Shown: positions 48,800 to 59,191 of the stretch, one piece after another
Layout of the letters: every line of letters begins with the position of its first letter
Position numbering within the stretch: position 1 is the first letter of the stretch
Assembly: GCA_951813565.1 (NCBI GenBank)
Contig: OX638351.1
Location: forward strand, 4,160,001 to 4,224,000
From: an uncultured Poribacteria bacterium
GTDB taxonomy: Bacteria > Poribacteria > WGA-4E > WGA-3G
Length of the DNA: 64,000 bases
Reading direction: 5' to 3'
Translations under genes and position numbers: made by a program
Notes under the pieces: model-generated
The model's database searches: none
The model's input: the letters and a program-made list of their open reading frames with translations, nothing else
What the model was told of the DNA's origin: nothing

Positions 48800-48905
48800 A
48801 TCTCCAATAATGGTTAATGTTGTTACAATTTTGTAATGAATAGTTCTGCAGCCTGCTACGGAAAGCAGCTGTTAAACCTGATAGTGAAAATAGGAGAATT
48901 ACGGA

Positions 48906-49670
48906 ATGAAAGTTCATAACATTTTCGCGGTATTTGTTGTATTGCTGATGTTGACTGTATCAATATCAGGATTTGCAGTGGTACAAGAAAAAAACCTTGT
49001 TGGTTGGTGGCTCTTTGATGACGGGTCAGAAGAAACAGGTAACTGGGATGATATTGCTCTCCAAGGTGCTAAATTCGAGAAAGGGCAATTAGTCGTTGAA
49101 ACTGGAAAATGGGCACATGCTTTGGGCTATAAAGGTCCCGATATTACGGAATTGAGTTTGGTGACTTGGGTTAGTTTGGACAGTTACGCGAAGACAAACG
49201 GTTCGGCACTCTGCTTGGATAAACGGACCATAGATCAATTTTGTGCGATCGTCTGGGCAGAGAGGGTAGAAAAACAGTGGATGCCAGGAAGTAGTCATTT
49301 TAGGCGTACAGCAGATTTTCCTAAAGCTGTCACTGAAAAAGAAACTGGAGAAATGGTTTTCTTGGTAATCACCTATGAGGATGTCAACGGTCAGTATGAG
49401 ATTACCGGTTATCGTAATGGTGAAAGCCTTGGTGGTTTCAAGGCAACTACGGGACTCAGAACATGGCCTAAAGATGATGCCGAAGCGATTTGGGGTAAAC
49501 GTCATGTCAACGGGCTTGCTGGACCTGGCGAACTCAATGCACATATTGAAGAATCTCGAATTTACAATATCGCATTAACAGAAGACGAGGTCCAAGCTAT
49601 TGGCAAAGGTGATCTTCCAGTAGAACCACGTGGTAAACTCGCCACTCGTTGGGCGAAGATAAAAAGGTAA
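48906..49670 (+). CDS. Secreted LamG/concanavalin A-like domain protein
   Basis: Signal peptide; LVGWWLFDD and IEESRIYNIALT motifs; tail PVEPRGKLATRWAKIK. Confidence 0.85.
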   Translation: MKVHNIFAVFVVLLMLTVSISGFAVVQEKNLVGWWLFDDGSEETGNWDDIALQGAKFEKGQLVVETGKWAHALGYKGPDITELSLVTWVSLDSYAKTNGSALCLDKRTIDQFCAIVWAERVEKQWMPGSSHFRRTADFPKAVTEKETGEMVFLVITYEDVNGQYEITGYRNGESLGGFKATTGLRTWPKDDAEAIWGKRHVNGLAGPGELNAHIEESRIYNIALTEDEVQAIGKGDLPVEPRGKLATRWAKIKR

Positions 49671-49704
49671 TAATCTTTTTGAAACAGGTCAAGATGAGTT
49701 ATAC

Positions 49705-49736
49705 GGTTTACCTGAGTCTACTGACTTAGGTAAACC
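49705..49736. other. Intergenic stem-loop between the tandem LamG paralogues
   Basis: ggtttacctgagtc-tact-gacttaggtaaacc. Confidence 0.5.
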
Positions 49737-49767
49737 ATCAAATTTAAATCAAAAAGGAGTTGTTTCC

Positions 49768-50535
49768 ATGAGAACAAAAATTTACTGTGTATGTGCGGTG
49801 TTGCTAATGGTTGGCATGCCGATGTCAGTTTTCGCTCAGGTACAAGAAGATAACCTCGTCGGTTGGTGGCGGTTTGATAGTGCGAAGGAAGAAACAGGTA
49901 ACTTTGGAGATGTTGTCCTTCATGGTGGTGCTACGATAGAAGATGGCCAATTGGTTGTTGCTAATGGAAAATGGGCACATTCCTTGGACTACACGGGTCC
50001 CGACATTACAGAACTAACACTGGCATCTTGGGTTACTTTGGATGATTACGCAAAAACAAACGGTTCCGCGCTTACCTTGGATGAGTTGTCAACAGATCAG
50101 TTTTGCGGAATCGTTTGGGCTGAAAGGGTTAATAAACAGTGGATGCCGGGAAGTAGTCATTTCCGCCGTACGGATGATTTCCCTAATGCTGTTACTGAGC
50201 CAGAAACAGGCGACAGAGTTTTCATCGCTATCACGTACAAGAACGTTAACAACCAATATGAGATCACTGGTTACCGAAACGGTGAAAGCATGGGGAGTTT
50301 CAGTAGAGGCGATCTCAGAACTTGGGAGGCAGGTGATTCTGAAGCAATTTGGGGTAAACGGCATGTAAATGGACTTGCTGGTCCTGGCGATCTCAATGCT
50401 CACATTGAGGAATCCCGAATCTACAATGTCGCTTTGACTGCTGATGAGATTATGAGTTTGCATATTGGCGCACTTACACCAGTTGAACCACAAAGTAAAC
50501 TTGCCACCCAGTGGGGCGCACTCAAAGCCAAATAG
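49768..50535 (+). CDS. Secreted LamG/concanavalin A-like domain protein (tandem paralogue)
   Basis: Closely similar to 48906-49670; tail PVEPQSKLATQWGALK. Confidence 0.85.
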   Translation: MRTKIYCVCAVLLMVGMPMSVFAQVQEDNLVGWWRFDSAKEETGNFGDVVLHGGATIEDGQLVVANGKWAHSLDYTGPDITELTLASWVTLDDYAKTNGSALTLDELSTDQFCGIVWAERVNKQWMPGSSHFRRTDDFPNAVTEPETGDRVFIAITYKNVNNQYEITGYRNGESMGSFSRGDLRTWEAGDSEAIWGKRHVNGLAGPGDLNAHIEESRIYNVALTADEIMSLHIGALTPVEPQSKLATQWGALKAK

Positions 50536-50593
50536 TTCTTTATTTGATGTAGGCGTGGTTTGAACCGCGCCTACAAGATTATTTCCATCATCT

Positions 50594-50986
50594 AATACCA
50601 TTTCTAATATATTATGTGTCATTTGCAAGAGTATTTTGTAGGAGCGACCAGGAGGTCGCTCCTACAGAAGAAAATCGGGGTTGAAAACCCGACAAATGCC
50701 AAAAAGCGCATTTGGTGTTGATTTGGCAGCATGCCGGACGCGCATGCTGCGTTGATTCGCTCCCACAAGAGGGTATATCCTTAAATTGACGCATAAGGTA
50801 CGTTTTCCTAACTGCTCCATAAATATGAATCAAGTTAATGTGGTATTATGTGTGATTTGCAAGAGTATTTTGTAGGAGCGACCTCCTGGTCGCGACCAGG
50901 AGGTCGCTCCTACAGAAGAAAGGTATCTTCAGCAGACAATAACAGTTGAATCTCTTAATGAGAGAGTATTTTTTAGAATTGGTATA
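50594..50986. mobile_element. TACCA(A/T)TTCTA-family MITE region with REP doublets, an internal direct repeat and a fragment of the IS4-like MITE
   Basis: Ends match 15661-15778. GTAGGAGCGACC...GGTCGCTCCTAC palindromes occur twice. Two GTTGATT units at 50691-50757. Confidence 0.6.
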
Positions 50987-50995
50987 AGTAAGTTA

Positions 50996-52912
50996 CTAAT
51001 CGGGCAATATCCTATATCCGCTACTAATCCCTGTAGTCATCCCTACTATTGCCCATAAACCAGCACATAACATCTCTCCAATGACCAGGCCAAGGAATGC
51101 AGGACGCGCTTGACGGTACGCTTTCAGTCCCCCGTATTTCACGATGGCAAATTTCATCCCCCATCCTAAAAAGATAGAGAACCACAGTTTGAAAGTTGCC
51201 CATGAACTCAACATCGTGTAACCGAGAGGGTGTAGAGGCCACCAAACAAAGGTCTGCCGCATCCACATTAACCACCCTGTGAACCCGCCTCCGAACAGGA
51301 TAAATCCTGTATCTGTCCAATTAGTACTCGTTTTTGGACTTGTGAGCAGCCCTTCAAGTTGCCGCATAAACCAACCGCCGCCCATATAAGGCGCGCCGTG
51401 TGCATACCCAACTTTGATTGCCGAATAATAAGAGACCCCCAGTCCGATGACCATCGCAACCGCCATCGCAATGAGCAGTTGCCGGCGCTTGACGCGTGCC
51501 TCGTCTGCAGCTTTCAGTCCATTCATAATATTTGGCATCATAAATTCGCGCAGGTCAAGCGTGAGACACACGGGATGCATCATTAACGACGTTAATGTTG
51601 AAGGATGAATTTTTGAGGTGCCGAGTGTCGTTAGAAAGAAACTTTGTGGTGAAAATGACGGATTGATAAACGGAATACCACCGTTAATTACCTGCCACGT
51701 CAATACGACATACATTGCCAGCAGAAATAGCACAAATCCAAGTGCGAACAATATAGACATGCCCATCAGGTGGTTGAAAAACACGAGAACGCAGATACCT
51801 CCGAGAAGCCCAAAGATCGTAAAACCGTAGGACATCGCTTCATCAGAAGTGCGAGACTGAAACATGTGTTTGATATGATGGCGTGTTTTCCATAAAGCGA
51901 TAGCAACAAACACAAGACATGCTCCCGCTTCCTGTGCAGCGCTAAACGATTTTCCTGTCCATTGGACACCCGGACCAGAAGTCAGTTGAAAACCGAGCAG
52001 GACACCTATCAGACATTGCAGCTTGTAAAACAGAAAAAAAAACCAGATACTAAATGAAACTTCCAAGGTTAGCAGGTAGCTAAAACCTACCATAGACCAA
52101 AAGATGACGACTTGAAATGGACGCAATGCAGTCCACGGTCTTTCGTTGAAATATTGATTAAGCCAAAAATCGCGTGGGATATGTGGAACGGAAGGAAAAA
52201 ACGTATGGAGTCCGTTCATCGTATGCAGGAATACGGGGAATGCAACGCCAAACCAGAATACGCTGTTCTTAAAGAGCGGTCCGAGTCTGCCGCTGCCTTG
52301 CACTGCCATCTCAACGGGAAGTTTGACGAGTGGAAAGGCACAACGTTCATATTCCACCCACTGCTTTCGGAGTAATACTGAGAGGCAGATCATCACGAAA
52401 TAGATTACAAGGACATAAGCACTCCAGATAAAAATAGGCGTAATCCAGGCGCCCCACGGCACCGTTTCACCAGCAAATAATCCTTCGTAGAAGGAGCTGA
52501 TAGCCGTTTCATCACGTACCACGCGCCAGTGTGGAATGTAGTGGTAAAACAGTGACTCCCAATCGTTTTCTGGTGTAGCAAAATGCTTGTAGGCGATCAT
52601 TGGACTAAGCGCGTAGCGCATCATACCCGAAGACGGGATACCTGCAGGCGCGAGCATAATACACCAGATTGTGATGAGTTCACCGGGCGAAAATGCGGAT
52701 TTGGGGTGTATCTGTTTTAAGATAACGTTTATCCCCAATACAAATATAGTGAGCACAAAGAAGGGACCGACAGGGAAGTGTCCGCCTGCGAGGAAGATGT
52801 TACGAATGACGTAATCATTATATGGCGCAAGTAGACATTCAATTGTGGCGCACACCAAACCGATGAGTACTGCGCGCCGAGATAAGCTTGTCCGAGTTCG
52901 TTGTTGTATCAA
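50996..52912 (-). CDS. Polytopic membrane protein, DUF6785/DUF6784-like
   Basis: RKQWVEYERCAFPLVKLP and WWPLHPLGY motifs. Paralogue of 8187-10160. Start codon uncertain. Confidence 0.8.
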   Translation of the reverse strand: MIQQRTRTSLSRRAVLIGLVCATIECLLAPYNDYVIRNIFLAGGHFPVGPFFVLTIFVLGINVILKQIHPKSAFSPGELITIWCIMLAPAGIPSSGMMRYALSPMIAYKHFATPENDWESLFYHYIPHWRVVRDETAISSFYEGLFAGETVPWGAWITPIFIWSAYVLVIYFVMICLSVLLRKQWVEYERCAFPLVKLPVEMAVQGSGRLGPLFKNSVFWFGVAFPVFLHTMNGLHTFFPSVPHIPRDFWLNQYFNERPWTALRPFQVVIFWSMVGFSYLLTLEVSFSIWFFFLFYKLQCLIGVLLGFQLTSGPGVQWTGKSFSAAQEAGACLVFVAIALWKTRHHIKHMFQSRTSDEAMSYGFTIFGLLGGICVLVFFNHLMGMSILFALGFVLFLLAMYVVLTWQVINGGIPFINPSFSPQSFFLTTLGTSKIHPSTLTSLMMHPVCLTLDLREFMMPNIMNGLKAADEARVKRRQLLIAMAVAMVIGLGVSYYSAIKVGYAHGAPYMGGGWFMRQLEGLLTSPKTSTNWTDTGFILFGGGFTGWLMWMRQTFVWWPLHPLGYTMLSSWATFKLWFSIFLGWGMKFAIVKYGGLKAYRQARPAFLGLVIGEMLCAGLWAIVGMTTGISSGYRILPD

Positions 52913-52972
52913 TATTTGCTCATTTTTGTATTGAGACGTTGTGCGTTTTTAGGCTGTGATGCTTCTTCACGT

Positions 52973-54775
52973 TCATTTTCCTACATTCGGATCTAATTCC
53001 TTTGCTTTTTCAAAATCAGCTTTTGCTGCTTCCTTGCGTCCAAGTGCCTCTTTTGCGAATCCGCGCTTGTGGTATGCTCTCGCGTGTCTTGAGTTCACTT
53101 TAATAACTTGATCAAAATCTTCAATTGCCGATTCATATAAGTTTATTGCTTTTTTACTATTTCCTCGGTTGGTTTCAATTTTCCCAAGTTCAATTTCCGC
53201 ATTACCTCGAATGTTGTAGGCATAAGTATCTATTACTTCATTGGATTTGCGGAACAATCGTCGTCGGTTGATGTGGGATGTATAATCCTTAACTGCAGCT
53301 TCATATAGCATTTGCGATCTTTCGATGTTTCCCTGATCCGATTCAAACTTGCCGTAAATATAGTATGCATAACCTCGGCTGCTGTAGTCTGCTATGCCTT
53401 TATGGGAACTCTTTATTCTTTGAGTACAGTTCTGTACAAATTCTTTATAGTACTTTCGAGATAGATCAACAAATTTTTCATCCTTAGATTTCCTAAGAAA
53501 ATCTTTTATTTCTTTCACTTTCCGATAAACTTTGGAAGATTTGGGAGTACGTTCGATTGCTATATTATAATAAAAAATAGCATCTTCATAGAAACGCTGT
53601 GCCTTTTTGGTATATGAGCGTTTCAATTCATTATCCCCAAGGTTTGACTTTTGGAGTCCATTATAATAGAATAGTTGGATATGCATAGGATTTATCATAA
53701 TAGCATTATTTAAATCTGATATCGCTTCTTTACGGTTTCCAAGTTCAAACTTTGTTGTTCCTTGCAGCAAATATGCATCAGCATTCTCAGGATTTATTTT
53801 GATAGCATCTGAAAAGTCTTTAATCGCTGCCTTGAAATAATCATTTGCTTGCTGTGTCCTTCCAGATTGGATATCCAGAAAACCTTGTTGCAGTTTCGCA
53901 TCACCCCGTTTATAGTAGGAGTAAATAGATTCAGTATTTAACTTAATTGCTTGATTGAATTCAGAGATAGCATTTTTATATTGTCCCCTATCGAATTTTA
54001 TTTTCCCATGAACATGGTGAGCGTATGATCGGATTTCATCCCGCTGACGCCATTCCGCTAAAGACTCAATTTTCTCTGATTGAGTAAGTAATACTCTGAG
54101 ATTGTTTGAAGGGACAGTGAGAGAATAACCGAGGGTTGGGTTTGAGTAGGCATGAATCCCTATAACTTCTCCCTTTTTGTTAAAAACTGGACTACCACTA
54201 CTTCCGCCACTTAAATTTATTTCTATTTGTAACCGTTGACCGCTTTTCTCGATATTGTATACTCGTCCCTTGCTAAAACTATATTTTCTACTGGGGAATC
54301 CCATGGTTGTAATAGGTTCGTTGACTTTTATTTCTTTGCTGTTACCAATTGGGAATGGTGTGCTGACTGCATTGACTTTGAGAATTACAAGATCGTTTTT
54401 GACATCAAACGCTGTGACACCTGCAATAATGCCAATTGCTTCTTTGTTAACTGATTCTGTGGATTTTATTCCTGTTAAAGGAAGGGTAGCATTGTTTACC
54501 CCAACTTTTTTTATTATAATTGGTCTTTGTGGTGCTACAACATGTATATTGGTCGCAACTTTGTCTGATGCAACAAAGAACCCTGTGCCATACCATTTCT
54601 CCTTACCTGTCCCAACTTCTATGTGGACTACAGATCCCTTTAGGTTTTTAATATCACGATTTAATAATAGAGATTGGACATCTATATTAAAAAATAGTTT
54701 AACAACCCACACACCTAAAAGAAGCATTCCCAAAGCAACTAACAAACTTAATAAGTTTTTTCTATTTTGTGTCAT
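52973..54775 (-). CDS. Trypsin-like serine protease with TPR repeats
   Basis: Catalytic triad ATNIHVV / NDLVILK / GGSSGSP, C-terminal TPRs, N-terminal TM helix. Confidence 0.9.
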   Translation of the reverse strand: MTQNRKNLLSLLVALGMLLLGVWVVKLFFNIDVQSLLLNRDIKNLKGSVVHIEVGTGKEKWYGTGFFVASDKVATNIHVVAPQRPIIIKKVGVNNATLPLTGIKSTESVNKEAIGIIAGVTAFDVKNDLVILKVNAVSTPFPIGNSKEIKVNEPITTMGFPSRKYSFSKGRVYNIEKSGQRLQIEINLSGGSSGSPVFNKKGEVIGIHAYSNPTLGYSLTVPSNNLRVLLTQSEKIESLAEWRQRDEIRSYAHHVHGKIKFDRGQYKNAISEFNQAIKLNTESIYSYYKRGDAKLQQGFLDIQSGRTQQANDYFKAAIKDFSDAIKINPENADAYLLQGTTKFELGNRKEAISDLNNAIMINPMHIQLFYYNGLQKSNLGDNELKRSYTKKAQRFYEDAIFYYNIAIERTPKSSKVYRKVKEIKDFLRKSKDEKFVDLSRKYYKEFVQNCTQRIKSSHKGIADYSSRGYAYYIYGKFESDQGNIERSQMLYEAAVKDYTSHINRRRLFRKSNEVIDTYAYNIRGNAEIELGKIETNRGNSKKAINLYESAIEDFDQVIKVNSRHARAYHKRGFAKEALGRKEAAKADFEKAKELDPNVGK

Positions 54776-54787
54776 AAGAGTAAACCT

Positions 54788-54831
54788 TGTTAATATCTGA
54801 GAGTGACAATGTTAATATCTGAGAGTGACAA
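54788..54831. repeat. Tandem duplication, 22 bp x2 (TGTTAATATCTGAGAGTGACAA)
   Basis: Two identical abutting units just upstream of the protease start. Confidence 0.9.
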
Positions 54832-55049
54832 TCTTTCCGAGTGCTGATTCTGCGTTAATCATACACAAAATAGAGGGTTCTGTAAACTGTTTTGCTATTA
54901 TGACAATGAAATTGGTCTTCTATTGAAAAATTATATGACAAATTATTAAAAGTCAAGTAAAATAGTAACAGAATGTTTAAGCACATGACCGAAATTGTTG
55001 CAGTCGTAAGAAAATAGGCTTATTTTGACATAAAAACGGAGATTTAATT

Positions 55050-56555
55050 ATGCAAACACATTCTAATTTATTCAGCGATGAACAGATGCGAGATTTCGTT
55101 GTCCACGGATATGTTACAGTGAAAACGGATTTGCCGCGTAGTGTTCACGAAACAATCTATCGAAAAACACAGGAATATACAGAAAAAGAAGGTAACTTGG
55201 GAAATAACATCTTTCCGCGAGTTCCAGAGTTGCAGGCTGTATTTGAGGATTCTGCGGTTCGTGGGGCATTTACCAGTATTTTAGGGCAAAATTATGTGAT
55301 GCATTCACATCGGCACCCGCATCGGAATGCACCGCACAGTGGTGGGCAAGGATTTCACAAGGATAGCTACTGGGGACATCAGAAAGTTCGGCATCACCTT
55401 CCCCGCTGGGCGATGGCGTTCTACTATCCACAGGATACGCCGGTTGAAATCGGTCCTTCAGCAATCTTATCGGGAACGCAATACTACAGTAACAGGATTA
55501 CTGAGAACAACGATGGCGAAGTTGCCCTCAGTGGTGAAGCCGGAACGGTATCAATCATCCACTTTGACCTGTGGCATCGCGCAATGGCGAATCAGACTGA
55601 TAAGACTCGCTACATGATGAAATTTCAGTTTATCCGTTTGGATGAACCACAAGCACCAGAATGGGACGTGGAAGACCCAAACTGGAAAGCTGAAGGACTT
55701 GACATGAATGGTAACCCTGCAGCTAAAAGCCATGAGACTACATGGCGACACGTTTGGCAGTGGATGACAGGGAATTCCAATGAGCATAATGCAAAGCCAG
55801 TAAACGGCAATTTGTCGCAGCACATTGAAGCACTGAGTGATGAGAATCCATCTGTGCGTTCTGATGCTGCCGATGGATTGGGGTTGTTAGGAGAATCCGC
55901 AGCAGACGCTATTCCCATGTTGACTGATGCTTTACAAGATGACTATGAACCTGCCCGACTCAATGCTGCTTACGCGTTGGGCGCTATTGGTGAGTTGGCT
56001 GTGCCTGCTTTAATCGAAAAACTTGGTAGTGAAAATGGTCCGACACGACGGATGGCGGCGTATGGGTTAGCAGCTGTCGGTCCTCCTGCTGTGTCAGCAC
56101 TTTGCGAAGCATTAGAACATGAAAATGATGCGGTGCGCGTTGAAGCGAGTTATGCTTTGGCACAGATAGGAAGCGGTGCCGAACCAGCGGTTTCTGCTTT
56201 GATGGAACACGCTAAAGATAACAATGCGGAAGTCCGTCGATATATTCCTGAAGCATTCGGAGCAATAGGGCCGCCTGCAGCGCCTGCAGTGCCGACCTTG
56301 ATTGATAGGTTAGCGAACGATGATGATGTCCAGGTCCGTTTTGAGTCCGCATTAGCGTTAGCTCAAATTGGCCCTGCTTCAAGTGATGCGATTCCCGTTT
56401 TGAAGGAGTCGTTATCAGATAAAAATCGGTACGTGCGGGACAATTCTATCCATGCGCTCAAACGAATCGGTACACCAGAAGCCGAATCGGCACTCTTCGA
56501 TTATCTGCTTATGGCGCGATGGTGTCCTATTACCAACAGCGAAAGCACATTTTAA
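55050..56555 (+). CDS. PhyH-like dioxygenase fused to HEAT (PBS lyase-like) repeats
   Basis: FHKD and HFDLWHR..N...R motifs; repeats such as VRxxAAxALGxIG. Confidence 0.88.
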   Translation: MQTHSNLFSDEQMRDFVVHGYVTVKTDLPRSVHETIYRKTQEYTEKEGNLGNNIFPRVPELQAVFEDSAVRGAFTSILGQNYVMHSHRHPHRNAPHSGGQGFHKDSYWGHQKVRHHLPRWAMAFYYPQDTPVEIGPSAILSGTQYYSNRITENNDGEVALSGEAGTVSIIHFDLWHRAMANQTDKTRYMMKFQFIRLDEPQAPEWDVEDPNWKAEGLDMNGNPAAKSHETTWRHVWQWMTGNSNEHNAKPVNGNLSQHIEALSDENPSVRSDAADGLGLLGESAADAIPMLTDALQDDYEPARLNAAYALGAIGELAVPALIEKLGSENGPTRRMAAYGLAAVGPPAVSALCEALEHENDAVRVEASYALAQIGSGAEPAVSALMEHAKDNNAEVRRYIPEAFGAIGPPAAPAVPTLIDRLANDDDVQVRFESALALAQIGPASSDAIPVLKESLSDKNRYVRDNSIHALKRIGTPEAESALFDYLLMARWCPITNSESTF

Positions 56556-57026
56556 GGTAGTAAAGTTTACAAATTTTTAGAACTGTTGTAGGCGCGCTTT
56601 GTAAACGCGCCTAAAATAGAGTCAAGTATTCGCGCGCTTTACACTATTATTCTATTTTAGTGTCTCGTCTTATTGAATTTGACAACGATAAAAATGTAGT
56701 CAAATTCGCACGTCCTGCTGCTGCAGAAGCACGTTCAGAATATCTTGCATCAATAGGCGCAATAGACTAATCAGACAGCGCGGTGTAAAAGCCGCGCATC
56801 TAATCGCACCAATTTGGAATATGAAAACTAAAAAAGGAGGTTGCACCATGAACATCACAAAAGGGATATTTTGGGCAGTTCGATCAAAAACGCAAGCGAT
56901 GAAGCATTATTTCTTGAGCTGGCACTGCGGGGGTACGACTTGACAAAGCTACATGAGAAAAACCACAGCGAACTTATCAAAATCGCATAATTCTGTTTTA
57001 TTGTGAGGAGGTACAATCTAATTGTT

Positions 57027-57365
57027 ATGAATAAAGTCATACATTTTAGCATAACGTTAAAGTATTCAGTTTATTTCTTAATTCCATTATTTCTTATTGG
57101 GTGTGGTGAAATTGGTGAGCCTGATGAACCACCGATCCCTGATTATCATACAATCATACAAAGACATTTAGCAGGTAAAATCTATGAAGCAAGAATTACT
57201 TCCCATTCCCGCAGGGGCAACTTTGTTACATACCTAGCCGATGGCAGAATCACTGATTGGGCTTCCCCACTTTACGTTATGAGGTTGTATATGAATTGGT
57301 CAATGGTAGATGGACACATATCAGAACTACAAAAAGGTAACCCACAAAAGAGCGAAACAAATTAA
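57027..57365 (+). CDS. Hypothetical small lipoprotein
   Basis: Lipobox FLIGC after a hydrophobic stretch; upstream GAGGAGG. Confidence 0.5.
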   Translation: MNKVIHFSITLKYSVYFLIPLFLIGCGEIGEPDEPPIPDYHTIIQRHLAGKIYEARITSHSRRGNFVTYLADGRITDWASPLYVMRLYMNWSMVDGHISELQKGNPQKSETN

Positions 57366-57510
57366 GCATCATTTTTCAGGTAAGACCACAGAGCACCTCA
57401 AAAAAATGCGTTAGAAGGGCATTTAGAGGTGAATTTTTAAGAAAGGCTCAGGCTCGGCACTGCGGCAGGCGCGTGCTTAGCACTCCCCGTCAAACCCCCT
57501 GCCTTTAGGT

Positions 57511-59189
57511 CTTACTATTACCCATAAGTCGAAATTCTTACTATTGATCATAAATTCGACATAAAGTGCAGACATCTATTTTCTTGATTTACATTCACCT
57601 GTGCTGTCAAGATAAGTGTATTTTCGCTTGGGTCATTGGGTCATAATATACTTGCATATCAAGAACATTTGTGTTATGTTCAATAGATATTATTACCAAC
57701 ACAAGTAACACTTATGGATCTGATACATTGGAGTGAATAATGATGTCTACAAACAAGAAAGAGTTATCTACATCTTGGAGTATTGAAGAGTTTACGGGTC
57801 TTGATTTGGGAGATGCCCGTCTAAATAAAAGGTTGCTCAGCGTTGCAGATGCGTTGGCGGCACATCCTACCGCAACCATCAACGCTGCGTGTGGCGATTG
57901 GGCATCGGTGAAGGGTGCCTATCGTTTATTTGATAATGAAAAGGTTTCTTCAGAGAAGATATTGGCACCTCACTTTAGACAGACGATTGCGCGGATGTGT
58001 GCGTATCAGCGTGTGTTTGCTATACAAGATACAACCTATCTGGATTACACCGATCACCCGTCAACAGAAGGTTTAGGTCCGATTGGTGCCTCGTCTCATC
58101 ACCATTATGGTTTTGTCAAACACACGACACTCATCGTGAGTGGGTCGGGGCTCCCGCTTGGGTGTTTGACAGATAAAGTGTGGGTTCGGGATGCGCCGAC
58201 ACAAGAAAAAAAACGGAAATCCAGACCGCTGGTAGAAAAAGAGAGCTACAAGTGGATTGAAGCAGTGTCGGCAATAAAATCCGAAGCCCCAGAAGGTGTT
58301 GAGGTGATTTGCATTTGTGATCGTGAAGCTGATATTTATGAGTTTTTCGTTGAAGCACAAGAGATGCCTTTTGTAATGCGTGCTGCGCAAGATCGTGTGG
58401 TTGATAATGATGTTGGTAGATTGCGTGCTTTAGCAGAAAGTCTACCGGTTGCTGGTGAGTTTAGCATACAAGTTGCAGCGCGTGGTGCCCAACCTGCCCG
58501 AGAAGCAACTCTGAGCGTTAGTTTCACAAAAACGACGCTTCTCCCACCGCATCGTTCGCAAGCATCACGCTCCCAAGAGCTGCCTGCTGTGGAAATATAT
58601 CTCGTATGGGTGATAGAGACGAACCCACCCGATGGCACAACACCTGTGGAATGGCTGCTCCTTACAAATGTGAAAGTCACAGATTTCTCAGATGCGATTG
58701 AACGGGTAGACTGGTATACGCAACGCTGGCACATTGAAGTCTATTTCAAAATCCTCAAATCAGGAACGAAAGTTGAGGAAGTCCGCTTCCAAACCCAAGA
58801 GAGACTCCTACGCTTTATTGCCCTGCTGAGCGTGATTGCTTGGCGTCTTTATTGGTTGACAATCATCAATCGGCAGGCACCGGATACGGACTGCACACAT
58901 ATATTGACTGAAGTTGAGTGGAAAGCACTTTACTGTATAACACATAAGACGCACATTTTACCGAAAAAACTACCAACTGTGTCTGAAGTCGTTGTTTGGA
59001 TCGCCAAACTGGGTGGCTTTTTAGGACGAAAGTCCGATGGTAAACCTGGAGTGACCGTTATTTGGAGAGGATGGTAAAGGCTTAGTGATATTTCTGACAC
59101 CTTTGCTCTTTTTCACCAATACACACAAAACAATATCGGTCAGAACCTTATTGATGGACATGTTCCATAAACTTATGGGTAATAGTAAG
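57511..59189 (+). mobile_element. IS4 family (IS50/Tn5-like) insertion sequence
   Basis: Perfect 19-bp TIR CTTACTATTACCCATAAGT / ACTTATGGGTAATAGTAAG, embedded in a further 34-bp inverted repeat. Confidence 0.9.
57740..59077 (+). CDS. IS4/Tn5-like transposase, probably C-terminally truncated by a nonsense codon
   Basis: LGDARLNKR, IQDTT, DREADIYE and Y..RW.IE..FK.LK motifs. PGVTVIWRGW* continues in frame as RLSDI to 59170. Confidence 0.9.
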   Translation: MMSTNKKELSTSWSIEEFTGLDLGDARLNKRLLSVADALAAHPTATINAACGDWASVKGAYRLFDNEKVSSEKILAPHFRQTIARMCAYQRVFAIQDTTYLDYTDHPSTEGLGPIGASSHHHYGFVKHTTLIVSGSGLPLGCLTDKVWVRDAPTQEKKRKSRPLVEKESYKWIEAVSAIKSEAPEGVEVICICDREADIYEFFVEAQEMPFVMRAAQDRVVDNDVGRLRALAESLPVAGEFSIQVAARGAQPAREATLSVSFTKTTLLPPHRSQASRSQELPAVEIYLVWVIETNPPDGTTPVEWLLLTNVKVTDFSDAIERVDWYTQRWHIEVYFKILKSGTKVEEVRFQTQERLLRFIALLSVIAWRLYWLTIINRQAPDTDCTHILTEVEWKALYCITHKTHILPKKLPTVSEVVVWIAKLGGFLGRKSDGKPGVTVIWRGW

Positions 59190-59191
59190 AC

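Noticed and set aside
56660..56770. tmRNA-like tag (DNDKNVVKFARPAAA...)
   Set aside because: No tRNA-like acceptor or T-arm ends were found, and the frame does not end in an ALAA-type degron. More likely a gene remnant.
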